A stretch of DNA of 64,000 nt from Dipteris shenzhenensis. Lineage: Eukaryota. Under the pieces are notes generated by a model. It worked only from the letters and a program-made list of their open reading frames with translations. It ran no database searches and was not told the DNA's origin. The stretch lies in NCBI GenBank assembly GCA_047967505.1, contig CM106538.1; one strand, written 5' to 3'. Position 1 is the stretch's first letter, and each line of letters begins with the position of its first letter. A program made the translations under genes and the position numbers. This document shows positions 50,921 through 62,900 of this stretch, piece after piece.

Positions 50921-52548
50921 ATGCATGCCAAGTCATCAACTCCGCTATGGATTTGCATCGGAACATGTGTTGTATTCTTGCAATGATGGGAAAGTGTCTC
51001 AAGAACTTTACCGGTATCTACTCACCTTGCAAGTCATCTCTATATCGTTGTTCCCCACACTTCGGACAACTAGATAAATCTCCATGCTCACGATGATGAA
51101 AGAGAATATAGTCATTATGGCAAGCATGGATGGTATCATAATCCATACCCACAGTTGTTAGCATCTTCTTTGCTTCATCTCTTGATGTGGGCATGGTATT
51201 TGGTGTAGGCAACATCTTCTGGAGTAACCTATCACAGTTCAAACATACATAGGCTTGGAATAATGATGATTCTCAAACATACATGATGATTCTCACCTCT
51301 CTTTTTCCTTTTCCCCTTTTCTTTCTCTTTTCCCCTTTTCTTTCTCTTTTTCCCTCTTTCAAAGCAACAAAGAAGTCATGTCACTAATCCTACAGCTTAG
51401 AATACCTGTAAGACATTGAGCAAGCTTAGAATCCTATAGCCTAACATTGAGCAAACATTTATAGACTCCTGCATTCTTTAAATTAGAGTGATAGAAGTCT
51501 GTATCTATTTGCTCAATGGTAGGCTATTAAAGCTTCACATGGGAAAAAAGAGAGGAGAAAAGAGAGAAAAAGAGAGGAGAAAAAAGAGAGAAAAAGAGAG
51601 GAGAAAGAGGAGAAAAGAGAGGAGAAAAAAGACAGAAAAAGAGAGGAGATAAGAGAGAAAAAGAGAGAAAGTGAAAAGAGAAAAATTGGGAATAAAAGAG
51701 AGAAAAAAAGAGAAGGAAAGAGAGGGGAAAAGAGAGGAAAAGAGAGGAGAAAAAAGAGAGAAAAAGAGAGGAGATAAGGAGAAAAAGAGAGGAGAAAAGA
51801 GACGAAAACTAGAGAGGATAAAAGAGAGAATGACAAAAGAAAGTCACAATTTAAACATACATAGGCTTCAAATAATGATGATTCTCAAACATACATGATG
51901 ATTCTCAAAACATACAATATCCAAATAATGAGTCAAATTAATGCACGATCTAACCTCATTAAGGCCGAGACACTTGTATCTGACCACCGATATTTTGCTT
52001 GTAGACTCAAGATTCAGAGACAAGCCTATAGTTTAGACATCCTAGCACCCTCGTTCAACTATGTTGATTGCAACTCTCGCATATTGACCTCAGACTCTGA
52101 CATCACGTGTACATGTGATGTAGTGTCCCTAAAAATAGAATCCATCATGTCCCCATATCCTCGTCATCATTTGGCACATCCGGGAGACTATAGTCTTGCT
52201 CAAAGTGTGAAGGTATATGGGCACCCTTGCCACCCTCCTCATCCTGTCTCAAGATTTTGTATAAATATAAGATCTTGTCCCAAGGTTTCGTGTCATAATG
52301 GTATCCAATATTAATCACAAACTCAAATAGCATTGACTTACCGATGATCCATCACCACGTGCAACACCAACAATGGGTACTAGTTCGGACTCCTCCCTAT
52401 ACATCCGCAAGCGGCACATGACAATATGATGTTGATGTCGTACTTCTCGCTTGCAATGAGTGCAATGACAATACAACCTCTCCGTAAGCCACTCTACGCT
52501 CTCGAGCATTGGCGCATCATTTGACGAGTTTCCACTCGTCCCTTCCAT
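50921..52548 (-). pseudogene. CACTA family B transposase, 5' fragment (diverged subfamily)
   Basis: MEGTSGNSS at 52548, LYCHCTHCK, IHACHNDYILF..CPKCGE, RHFPIIARIQHMF; breaks after WHAS. Confidence 0.9.
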
Positions 52549-52849
52549 CTGCACACTTCCAAAATCACAGCATGAGCTACAAGGAAATTTATTAAGATCC
52601 AAAAAATAGCCACCCATGAGCTCCTTTTCTCTCTTGTGATAATAAGTGCCCTGAACCGTCGCTATATAGCGATGGTTTGCCCTGAACTGTTGCTATATAG
52701 CAACGCTTTGCCTTGTTCCGTCGCTATATAGCGATGCTTTTTGGATAAACGCCGCTATATAGTGACTGACTAGCATTGCTATACAGTGACTGACCAGCGT
52801 CGCTATATAGCGACGCTGAGGGCTTAAACCCAAATCCCCGCACGATGCC

Positions 52850-53960
52850 GTCTTTCACATGTCTATTGCAAGAAAAAAAAAATTCTCCTCCCACCTTATA
52901 TTCGACGACCTCGCTTTCTGGCTCCTCTCTATTCCCCACTCCTCACCCCTACCCAGCCCCTCTTCCAACACTTGTGCTCCCTTTCCACCCTTCTTCCTGT
53001 CTGCTTGTGTGAATTTTGAAAGAAAGTTTTTTAAGAAGGTGGGTCTCTTTAAACAATGTAGATTCATTTTTTATGAGATTTCATTTTGTGAGTGTTGAAG
53101 CATGTTTCTCCTTTTATTTCTAAGTCTATGTGCTAATTTTCATGCTTAATTTTCAAAGCTTAAGGATAAAAAAAGAGATTTGGTGAAAGAAAGAAGACTC
53201 ACCTCTTCTCTTTTTGGTATTTCTCTTCCTCCTCTTTCTCCTTGTTTGTAGGGTGATGCTTTCTCCTTGTTTGTAGGCGTCTCCAAACTCATCCAATCCC
53301 TTTGAAAAGTTGCTCCTCCTTCCTCTAACTAGTTATCTGAAAAAATGGTATGTTTTCTCTTTTTTGTAGGCCCGCCAGGACACGAAACACGGTTCGAGAC
53401 TTTTCTAGGTAAGAAAGTGCTTCCTCTTTTTCCCTTTTGTTATTTCTGTTATTTGCATTGGCCTGCAGCTAACGCCTTAAGCGTTAGGTGGAGTGATGGG
53501 TGTAGAAACCCTCTCTTTCCCTCTCTTCTCTTATTCCCTCTCTTTTTCTCTTATGCATATGTTTTTCCTTCTCTTATGCTTATTCTCTTTTCCCCTGTTC
53601 TTTTTCCCTTCTTTCAATCGCTTTTCCCCTCTTCCTTCTCTTATTTTCCACTCTTTTTTCCTCTCTTTTTCTCCTCTTTTCATAAGCTCATAAGCACAAT
53701 TAATCTTATGCTTTCTCTTTTTCACTATGCTTATATGCTCATGCATAAGCATAAGCATATGCTTTCTTTTTTTTTCTCTTATGCTTATGCTCTTTTTCCC
53801 TCTTCCTTCTCTTATGCTTATGCTCTTTTCCTCTCTTCTTTTTTCCCTCTTCCTTCTCTTCTTTTTTCCTCTTCTTTTTCCCCTCTTCCTTCTCTTATGC
53901 CTATGCTCTTTTCCCCTCTTCCTTCTCTTATGCCTATGCTCTTTTCCTCTCTTTCAATCT
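52850..53960 (+). mobile_element. Family B internal region pointing away from the transposase (CT-rich leader, short exon-like piece, CTTATG repeats)
   Basis: 53340-53520 is the diverged reverse complement of 34185-34355, followed by (CTTATG)n. Confidence 0.75.
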
Positions 53961-53961
53961 C

Positions 53962-56900
53962 TCCGGATGAAAAACCACCAATATTGAAGATGGGTGCCAA
54001 ATGTCGTCAATTATATATATATCAATGGACTTTAAAAACGAAAGCTTCGACTAATTAAATCATTAGTATGCACCTGCTCACAGTGCTCGGGAAGAACAAA
54101 AGTATCACTTTCATCGGTCCAATGTTTGGTGGAGTCTATTGCAAAGAGACCGCTACTATCTTTTCTCACTGTCGCATGGGGACCGTTGTAAGTAGTTCTA
54201 AACCATTTTACATCAAGAATAAAAATAGTAAATCGTCTGAAATCAATTTCATAGATGTCGCGTATGGCTCCACAATAATCCAACTGTGAGGAGAGAAGAT
54301 TGGTATCCGAAGCACTTGCTCGGCTATCTTGTGTGAAGTTAGCCATGACTCCAGAATCATACGTGACTCTCTTTGAATCGATGCGTTCCACGTGAAAATG
54401 TCGTCCATATGACCATAATGCACTGTACTTTTTGTACTATAAAAGAGCATCATAAAAACAATGAAGATGCACCTATTTTATAGCATATACTGCCACAAAT
54501 AATTACTTAATTACATCAAGAGATAAGAAACTTACATGCACCATACATCCAGATGACAAGCGCTCGTTTATTGTCTCTCCATCACGTTCAGCTTTACGTA
54601 GAGCTAGTTGTAGCCAATCAAGTGACATGTGAGTAGGGAGAAGAGCCAGATATCGTGGATATGGTTGTGATCACCTGTACATTACTCTGAATCTCGTCCT
54701 TGCATTTATTCTTTCTGCTTTGGCCACTTCATATCTCTTAATCCACTTCTGCATCTCAGGGCTATTGAGGATACAAAACTTATTGAATTTCTCCATTCGC
54801 ACTTCGCTCATCTTTCTTTCAATCCCTTTTCCTTGGGGAACCTCGCCAATGATGCGATCATCATCCTTGTTGTGCCAAGCTTGCGGCATATCAGGATCCG
54901 TGGATGCAAGAAACTCTGTGATATATACTAATGACTCTTGCACAAGCCATCCCTCTGCCATGCTTGCTTCCGGTCTTGCTCTTTTTCTTACAAACCCCTT
55001 TAAAGTTTTCATAAACCGCTCGAGAAAAAACATCCATCGATTATGAACGGTACCTGCTATAGCCACCTCATCAACTATGTGCAGAAGCAAGTGGACTTGA
55101 GTTGTCATAATGCTTGAGGGAAAGTGCTTCTCAAGCAACCATACGACTTTGATGGATTCCACCCTAGCCTTCTCGATGCTCGATATTTTGAGATATCCAC
55201 CTATTTCACATGTCCATTAAGAAAATACATAATGCGATTTGATAGTAAGCATACCTCACAATACCACAGATCTTGAATATATCATTTCTAACATCTTCTT
55301 GTAAGCACCCTTTTATTGTAATTGGGAGGATGAACTATCAAAGCAACAATGAAGTCATGTCAACAATATAACATAATAATAATTACACAAACGCATCACT
55401 ATTATCGGTACACTAATTCTACTTAGAATACCTATAAGACCTTGTGCCAATCATGGGACTTGAGGCCACTAAGCTTATTGTCCTTTGAAAATGCTCCTTT
55501 CAAGTAACGCATGTACCCTATCGGTGTTTGAAAAGAGGCAATGTCTGCCTTGACCGCTGCCTCCTCTCTCGTAGAGAGGATCCACGTTGCTTTCGGGAGG
55601 ACAAATTTTCCCGAAGCATGCACTTGGGGCCACAAACGAGACATCCTATTCATAGCACGCAAGTCTTCTGGCACTCCTCTCGAGTCCTTGGAACCAACCA
55701 AATGTGCCCAAATAGTAGCCCCCACATTCTGGAAGATATGCATGGGATCCAAGAGATGATTGATTTGTAACTGACCCCAATAAGGAAGCTCGTGAAAGAT
55801 CGATAGCCTCTTCATACCAGGAGGAGGTTCCTCTCCATTCGCCCTCCAAGCTTGAATCCAATCACTTGCCTTCAAATATGATGGTGGTGGATCAAGCTGA
55901 CCTCCACGTGCGAGATGGTCGAGCGGAAGGTATCGAGCATGACCTTCATAAACATTTTTCCTCATATGTTTGGAGTAGCGTGCAAGCGATTTCAGAGCCG
56001 GTCCATAAACAGGACAAGCATGGTACCCACTTGTAACAAGTCCTGCACGCGTGCATGAATGTGTTAGTACAAGACATGCGTGCAAAAGAGAGTAAAAAAA
56101 GCATAATCCCTCATTGTACATGTAAAGACACAACCACGTACCTGCGCACTCTCCATATCCTGGGTAGTCATGCATGGTCCACATCAAGATGCCCCTGACC
56201 AAAATATCATTGGTATGTCTAGGAGCTCTGGAAATATCAAAGACCTGCACTCCTCTCCATAATATCTGTAACTCCTCTATCAAAGGTGCCATGGACACGT
56301 CCATGTTTTTTGCCTTGTACTTTCTTGGCACAAGTAGTGCAAGCATGAGGTGTCCCTTTTTTATTGTTAGCCATGGTGGGATATTGTAATTCACCACGAA
56401 TATGGGCCATGTTGACCAAGATGTCGAGCGTAACCCGAAAGGATTCACGCCGTCCATGGCTAGCCCAAGATGTAAGTTGCATGGCTCCCTCGCAAAGTCC
56501 GGCCACTGATTATCTATGCGCTTCCAAGCTGCACAATCTGTGGGAATCCTCAATGTGTGATCAGTGGACCGATGAGATGCATGCCATGTCATCAACTCCG
56601 CTATGGATTTGCATCGAAACATGTGTTGTATTCTTGCAATGATGGGAAAGTGTCTTAAGACCTTTACCGGTATCCGCTCACCCTGCAAGTCATCTCTATA
56701 TCATTGTTCCCCACACTTTGGACAACTAGCCAAATCTCCATGCTCACGACGAAAGAGAATACAATCATTACGGCAAGCATGGATGGTATCATAATCCATA
56801 CCCACCGTTGTTAGCATCTTTTTCGCTTCATCTCTTAATGCGAGCATGGTATTTGGTGCAAGCAACATCTTCTGGAGCAACCTATGACAAAGACACTATC

Positions 56901-57533
56901 CAAATGATGATTCTCAAAACAAACAATATCCAAATAATGAGTCAAATTAATGCAAGGGCTAACCTCATTAAGGCCGAGACACTTGTATCCGACCACCCAT
57001 ACTGTACTTGTAGATTCAAGATTGAGAGACAAGCATGTAGTTTAGACATCCTAGCACCCTTGTACAATTGTGTTGATTGCAACTCTCACATTTTGACCTC
57101 AGACTCTGACATCATGTGTACGTGGAATGTAGTGCCCCTAAAAATGGAATCCATCATGTCGACCATACCCTCGTCATCATCCGAGAGACTATAGTCTTAT
57201 TGAAAGTAAGAAGGTATATGTGTATCCTCGTCACCCTCCTCATCTTGTTTTAAGATTTCGTGTAAATATAAGATCTTCTATTTCCTGGTATACAATAAGA
57301 TTGCGAACTTAAATAGCTTTGACTTACCGATGATCCATCAACATGTGCAACACCAACGGGGGGGTATGGTCTGGCTCCTCCCCATACATCCACAAGTTGC
57401 GCATGATAATACGACGTTGATGTTGTACTTCTCGCTTGCAATGAGTGCAATGATAGTATAACCTCTCCATAAGCCACCTCGTGCTCTCGGGTGTTGGCGC
57501 ATCATCGGACGAGCTTCCACTCGTCCCTTCCAT
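53962..57533 (-). pseudogene. CACTA family B transposase, most complete copy (last exon truncated)
   Basis: ORFs 57324-57533, 55432-56688, 54671-55162 and 54032-54391 give Transpos_assoc, Transposase_21, DUF4218 and DUF4216 motifs in order. Inverted near-copy of 35210-38035. Confidence 0.94.
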
Positions 57534-58247
57534 CTACACTTATAAAATCACAACATAAGCATGAAGAGGAGATATTGATAATTATAAAATAGCATGTTTG
57601 AGCTTCTCTTGAGGCCACATTAAAAAAGTGACAGTAAGCGTCGCTATATAGCGACGCTCTGTTCCGTCGCTATATAGCGACGCTTTTAATTAAAAACGTC
57701 GCTATATAGTGATGAATAAGCGTCGCTATATAGCGATGCTGTTGGTTAAAATTCAAAACGCTAAACGCGCGGTGTTTTCTTCAAACTATTCCCTAATCTT
57801 TCAAGTAAGCAACCCAAAATCTCCTCCTACCTACTTTCGACGACCTCCCACCTATTCCCACCAACCTCCCACTCTATTTTCCACTCCTCACCCTTCTCCT
57901 ACCTCTTGTACTCCCTCTCTATCCTTTTCCCTCTTTGGTTTCTTGAAAGAAAGTTCTTCAAGAGGTCAGTTTGTTTCAACAATGTAGGTTGTTTGCTTGT
58001 TAGCTTTAGTTTTGTGAGTGTTTCTTCTTGTATTGCTAAACCTGTAAACTAGTTTTCATGCTTGTTTTGAAAGGATTGAGACAAAAAACGAGATTTCAAG
58101 AAAGAAAGAAAGAAAACTCACCTCTTTTTTTTGTATTTCTCTTCCTTCTCTTTCTCCTTGTCTCCTCAATCTCCTCCTTTCCTTGTCTCCTCAATCTCCT
58201 CCCTTCAAGAAGTTGCTTTTGTAATCTCCTCTTTCCACTAACATCTT

Positions 58248-58925
58248 AAACCCTAAACCCTAAACCCTAAACCCTCTAAACCCCAACTCCTAAACCCTAA
58301 ACCCTAAACCCTTAACCCTAACCCCCAAACCCTAAACTCTAAACCCTAACCCCCAAACCCTAAACTCTAACTCCCAAACCCTAAACCCTAAACCCTAGAC
58401 CCTAACTCCCAAACCCTAAACCCTAAACCCTAAACCCCAAACCCTAAACCCTAAACCTTAAACTCTAACTCCCAAACCCTAAACCCTAAACCCTAAACCC
58501 TAACTCCCAAAACCCTAAACCCTAAATCCTAAATCCTAAACCCTAGCTCCCAAACCCTAAACCCTAAACCCTAAACCCTAACTCCCAAACCCTAAACCCT
58601 AAACCCTAAACCCTAAACCCCAAACCCTAAACCCTAAACCTTAAACTCTAACTCCCAAACCCTAAACCCTAACCCCTAAACCCTAAACCCTAAACCCTAA
58701 CCCCCAAACCCTAAACCCTAAACCCTAAATCCTAAACCCTAAACCCTAAATCCTAAACCCTAACCCCCAAACCCTAAACCCTAACCCTAAACCACCAAAC
58801 TCTAAACCCTAACCCCCAAACTCTAACCCTCAAACCTTGAACCCTAAACCCTAAACCCTAAAGCCTAACTCACCAAACCCCAAATCCTAAACCCAAAGCA
58901 CGAAATCCTGAACCTTAAATCCTAT
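58248..58925 (-). repeat. Interstitial telomere-like array (CCCTAAA on +)
   Basis: About 680 bp, with the same variant spectrum as 6375-7155. Confidence 0.97.
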
Positions 58926-58999
58926 GAGTGTTTTCAAGTAATATCATTTATTTAAGTAATAGTTTTAATTAGAATTCATAAGTAATAGTGGAATTGATA

Positions 59000-59945
59000 G
59001 TTGGGAGGGTGGTAGTGGGAGAAAGGGAGAGTGGGAAAGTGGAGAAAGGGAGTGTGGGAGGGTGGTAGTGGGAGAAAGGGAGAGTGGGAGAGAGAGTGGG
59101 AATGGGGGCGGTGGGGGTGGGGGTGGGGGTGGGAGGATGGGAGTGGGAGTGGGAGAGGGAGTGGGAATGGGGTGGGAGGATGGGAGTGGGAGTGGGAGAG
59201 GGAGTGGGAATGGGGGAGGTGGGGGTGGGGCTGGGAGAATGGGAGTGGGAGTGGGAGAGGGAGTGGGAATGGGGGAGGTGGGGGTGGGGTGAGGGTGGGA
59301 GGATGGGAGTGGGAGTGGGAGGGGTGGGGAGTGGGAGTGGGAGGATGGGAGTGGGAGAGGGAGTGGGAATGGGGGAGGTGGGGGTGAAAGTGGGAGGGGT
59401 GAGGTGGGAGGATGGGAGTGGGAATGGGGGAGGTGTGGGTGGAAGTGGGAGGGGTGGGGTAGGAGGATGGGGGAGGGAGTGGGAATGGGGGAGGTGGGGG
59501 GAGTAGGAAAATGGGAGTGGGAGTGGGAATGGGGGAGGTGGGAGGGTGGGAAAATGGGAGTGGGAGTGGGAGTGGGAGAGGGAGTGGGAGGATGGGAGTG
59601 GGAGGGGTGAGGTGGGAGGATAAGGGTGGGAGAATGGGAGTGGGAGTGGGAATGGGGGGGGAGGGGTGGGGGTGGGAGGATGGGAGTGGGAGTGAGAGGT
59701 GTAGGTGGGAGGATGGGAGTGGGTGGGAGAATGGGAGTGGGAGTGGGAATGGGGGAGGTGGGGGTGGGGTGAGGGTGGGAGTGGGAGGGGTGGGGTGGGA
59801 GGATGGGAGTGGGAGAGGGAGTGGGAATGGGGAAGGTTAAAGAATGGGCGTGGGCGTGGGAGTGAGAATGGGGGAGGTGGGGTGGGAGGATGGGGGTGGG
59901 AGTGGGAGTGGGAATGGGGTGGGAGGATGGGAGTGGGTGGGAGAG
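59000..59945 (+). repeat. (GGGAGT/GGGAAT/GGGGGT)n G-rich tract
   Basis: Reverse-complement counterpart of 5446-6300. Confidence 0.93.
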
Positions 59946-59967
59946 AGAGAGAAGATAATCTAATAGA

Positions 59968-62900
59968 GAGGCCAATGGGAGAGGAGATAATGTTATAGAA
60001 GGACCAATGAGAGAGAAGCACTTAAAACCCTAGTTTTTCTTATATATACTCTCCTTCTCTCATTGTTTCTCTCATTTCAACAAGGAAGAGCAAGAGGAGA
60101 AGCAAAAAGAGGAGGAAGAGCAAAAGCAAGCACAAGCAAGCACAAGCATAGATTTCAACTTTTTCCAGGTACTTTTTTTAAAATTTGTATTCTTTGAAAT
60201 TTTATTATAGAGAGAGAACTTAGAGAGAGAAAAGTGAAGGCAATATTTTTAGAGAGAGAGTCTTGCTGCCTCGGCAGCAAAAGAGAGAGAGAAAGAGAGA
60301 GGGAGAGAGAGGAGAGAAGGGGGGGGAAAGAGAGGGGAGAGAAAGGGAGGGGGGAGAGAAGGGGGAGGGGGGGAAGAGAGGGGAGAGAGGGGGGAAGCCA
60401 TGAGGGGGGGGAGAGAGAGAGGGGAGGGGGAGGCAGCTGTCGCGGCAGCGAAGAGAGGGGAGGAGGGAGGGGAGGGGAGGGGAGAGAGAGGGGAGGGGAG
60501 AGGGAGGGGAGGGTAGGGGAGAGAGAGAGGGGGGGCCGCTGCCGCGGCAGCGAGAGAGGAAGGGGGGAGAGAGGGGGAGGGGCCGTGGCAGCGAGAGAGA
60601 GGGGGAGGGAGAGAGAGAGGGGGGGGCAGCTGCGACGGCAGCGAGAGAGGAGGGGGGGAGAGAGAGAGAAGGGGGGGGCCACTGCCGCGGCAGCAAGAGA
60701 GGAGAGGATGGGGAGAGAGAGAAGGGGGAGGCGCGGCAGCGCGAGAGAGGGGGGGGAGAGAGAGAGGGGGGGGAGGCTGCGACACGCTATTGCGGCAGCA
60801 GAGAGAGGGAGGGAGAGGGAGGAGGGGGAGGGGGGAGAGAGAGGAGGGGGGGCTGCCGCGGCAGCGAGAGAGGAACGGGGGGGGGGAGAGAGAGGGGGGG
60901 GGCGAGAGAGAGGGGAGGGAGAGACAGAGAGGGGGGGGCCGCTACCGCAGCAGCGAGAGAGGAGAGGGGGGGAGAGAGGGAAGGGGGGGCAGCGAGAGAG
61001 AGGGGAGGGAGAGAGAGAGAGGGGGGGCTGCTGCCGCTGCCGCGGCAGTAAGAGAGGGAGGGGGGGGAGAGAGAGAAGGGGGGGCAGCGAGAGAGAGGGG
61101 GGAGAGGGAGGGGAGGGGAGGGGAGAGAGAGAGGGGGGAGCCGCTGCCGCGGCAGCGAGAGAGGGGGAGGGGGGGAGAGGGAAGGGGGGCGGGGGGCAGC
61201 GCGAGAGAGGGGAGGGAGAGAGAGAGGGGGGGTGGGCCGCTGCCACTGCCGCGGCAGCGAGAGAGGGAGGGGGGGGAGAGAGAGAAGGGGGGGCAGCGAG
61301 AGAGAGAGGAGGGAGAGAGAGAGAGAGGGGGGAGAGGGAGGGGAGGGGAGGGGAGAGAGAGAGGGGGGAGCCGCTGCCGCGGCAGCGAGAGAGGAGGAGG
61401 GGGGGGAGAGGGAAGGGGGGGGAGAGGGAAGAGAGAGGGGGAGGGAGAGAGAGAGAGGAGGGGGGGCCGCTGCCGCAACAGCGAGAGAGGGGGGGCAGCG
61501 AGAGAGGAGGGGGGGAGAGAGAGACAGGGAGGGGAGGCCGCTACCACGGCAGCGGAGAGAGGGGGGGAGGAGAGGGAGGGGGGGGAGAGGGAGGGGAGGG
61601 GAGGGGAGAGGAGAGAGAGAGGGGGGGCCGCTGCCGCGGCAGCGAGAGAGGAGGGGGGGAGAGAGAGAGGGGGGGCGCAGCAGCGAGAGAGAGGGGGAGG
61701 GAGAGAGAGAGAAGGGGGGACCGCTGTCACGCCGAGAGAGAAAGGGGGGAGAGAGAGAGAAGGGGGTGGGAGAGGAGGGGGGCAGCAGAGAGAGAAGGGG
61801 GGGCCGCTGCCGCGCCGTGAGAGAAGGGAGGGGAGAGAGAGAGAAGGGGGTGGGAGAGAGAGAGAGGGGGGGCCGCTGCTGCGGCAGCGAGAGAGAAGGG
61901 GGGAGAGAGAGAGAGAGAGGGGGGGAGCCGCTGCCGCGGCAATGAAAGAGAGGGAGGGGGGAGAGAGAGAGAGAGGGAGGGGGGAGAGAGAGAGAGAGAG
62001 GGGGAGGCCGGTGCCGCGGCAGCGAGAGGGAGAGAGGGGGGAGAGAGAGAGAAGGGGAGGGGAGAGAGAGAGAGGGGGGAGGTCGCGGCAAGTGAGAGAG
62101 AGAGTGGGGAGCGCAAGTGAGAGAGAGGGAAAAGGTGAGGAGAAAGGGAGAGAGAGAGAGAGAGGGGAAATGAAGAGGAGGGGAGAGAGTAGACTAAGAT
62201 GAGAGGAAACGTAGACTAGAGTGGAGAGGAAAGAGAGAGAGAGAAGAGTGAGAGAGATGGACGAGAGATGAAAATTTAGAGAGGGAGGACACGAGAAAGT
62301 ACGATCGAGATAGAAAATCTTACCAATGAAGAGGAGAAATGAGTGGGCGACGATCGAGAAAAGATAAAGGAGCTACGATCAATGAGGCATATGAGAGGAG
62401 ATTGGTGTGTGATTTAGTCGAAACTTAAACAAACAAAACTATAAACCTTGGTGTTTGATGAAAATTTAGAGAGGAAGGGCACAAGAGAAAGTACGATCGA
62501 GATAGAAAATCTTACCAATGAGGAGAAAAAATGAGTGGGCGACGATCAAGAAGAGATAAAGGAGAGATGTTTTGATGGAAGAATTTGGGAGCTACGATCA
62601 ATGAGGCATATTAGAGGAGATTGGTGTGTGATTTAGTCGAAACTTAAACAAACAAAACTATAAACCTTGGTGTTTGAAAAGAGAAACGTGTGAAAACTAG
62701 AATTTCAAATTTCCCACCTTTTTTTAAACTATGAATCCTTGTGTTTGAAAAGATAAACGTGTGAAAACTTGAAAATTGTGATAAAAGACAACCTTGTGTT
62801 TCAAAAGACAAACGCGTGGATGTGAAAATTGTGATAAAAGACAACCTTGTGTTTCAAAAGATAAACGCGTGGATGTGAAAAGACAAATGTATGCTAAAAG

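Noticed and set aside
55432-56688. 418-aa ORF as a single coding exon
   Set aside because: It reads through a probable in-frame intron (~56042-56150; family A has an intron at the same GYGEC.G position).
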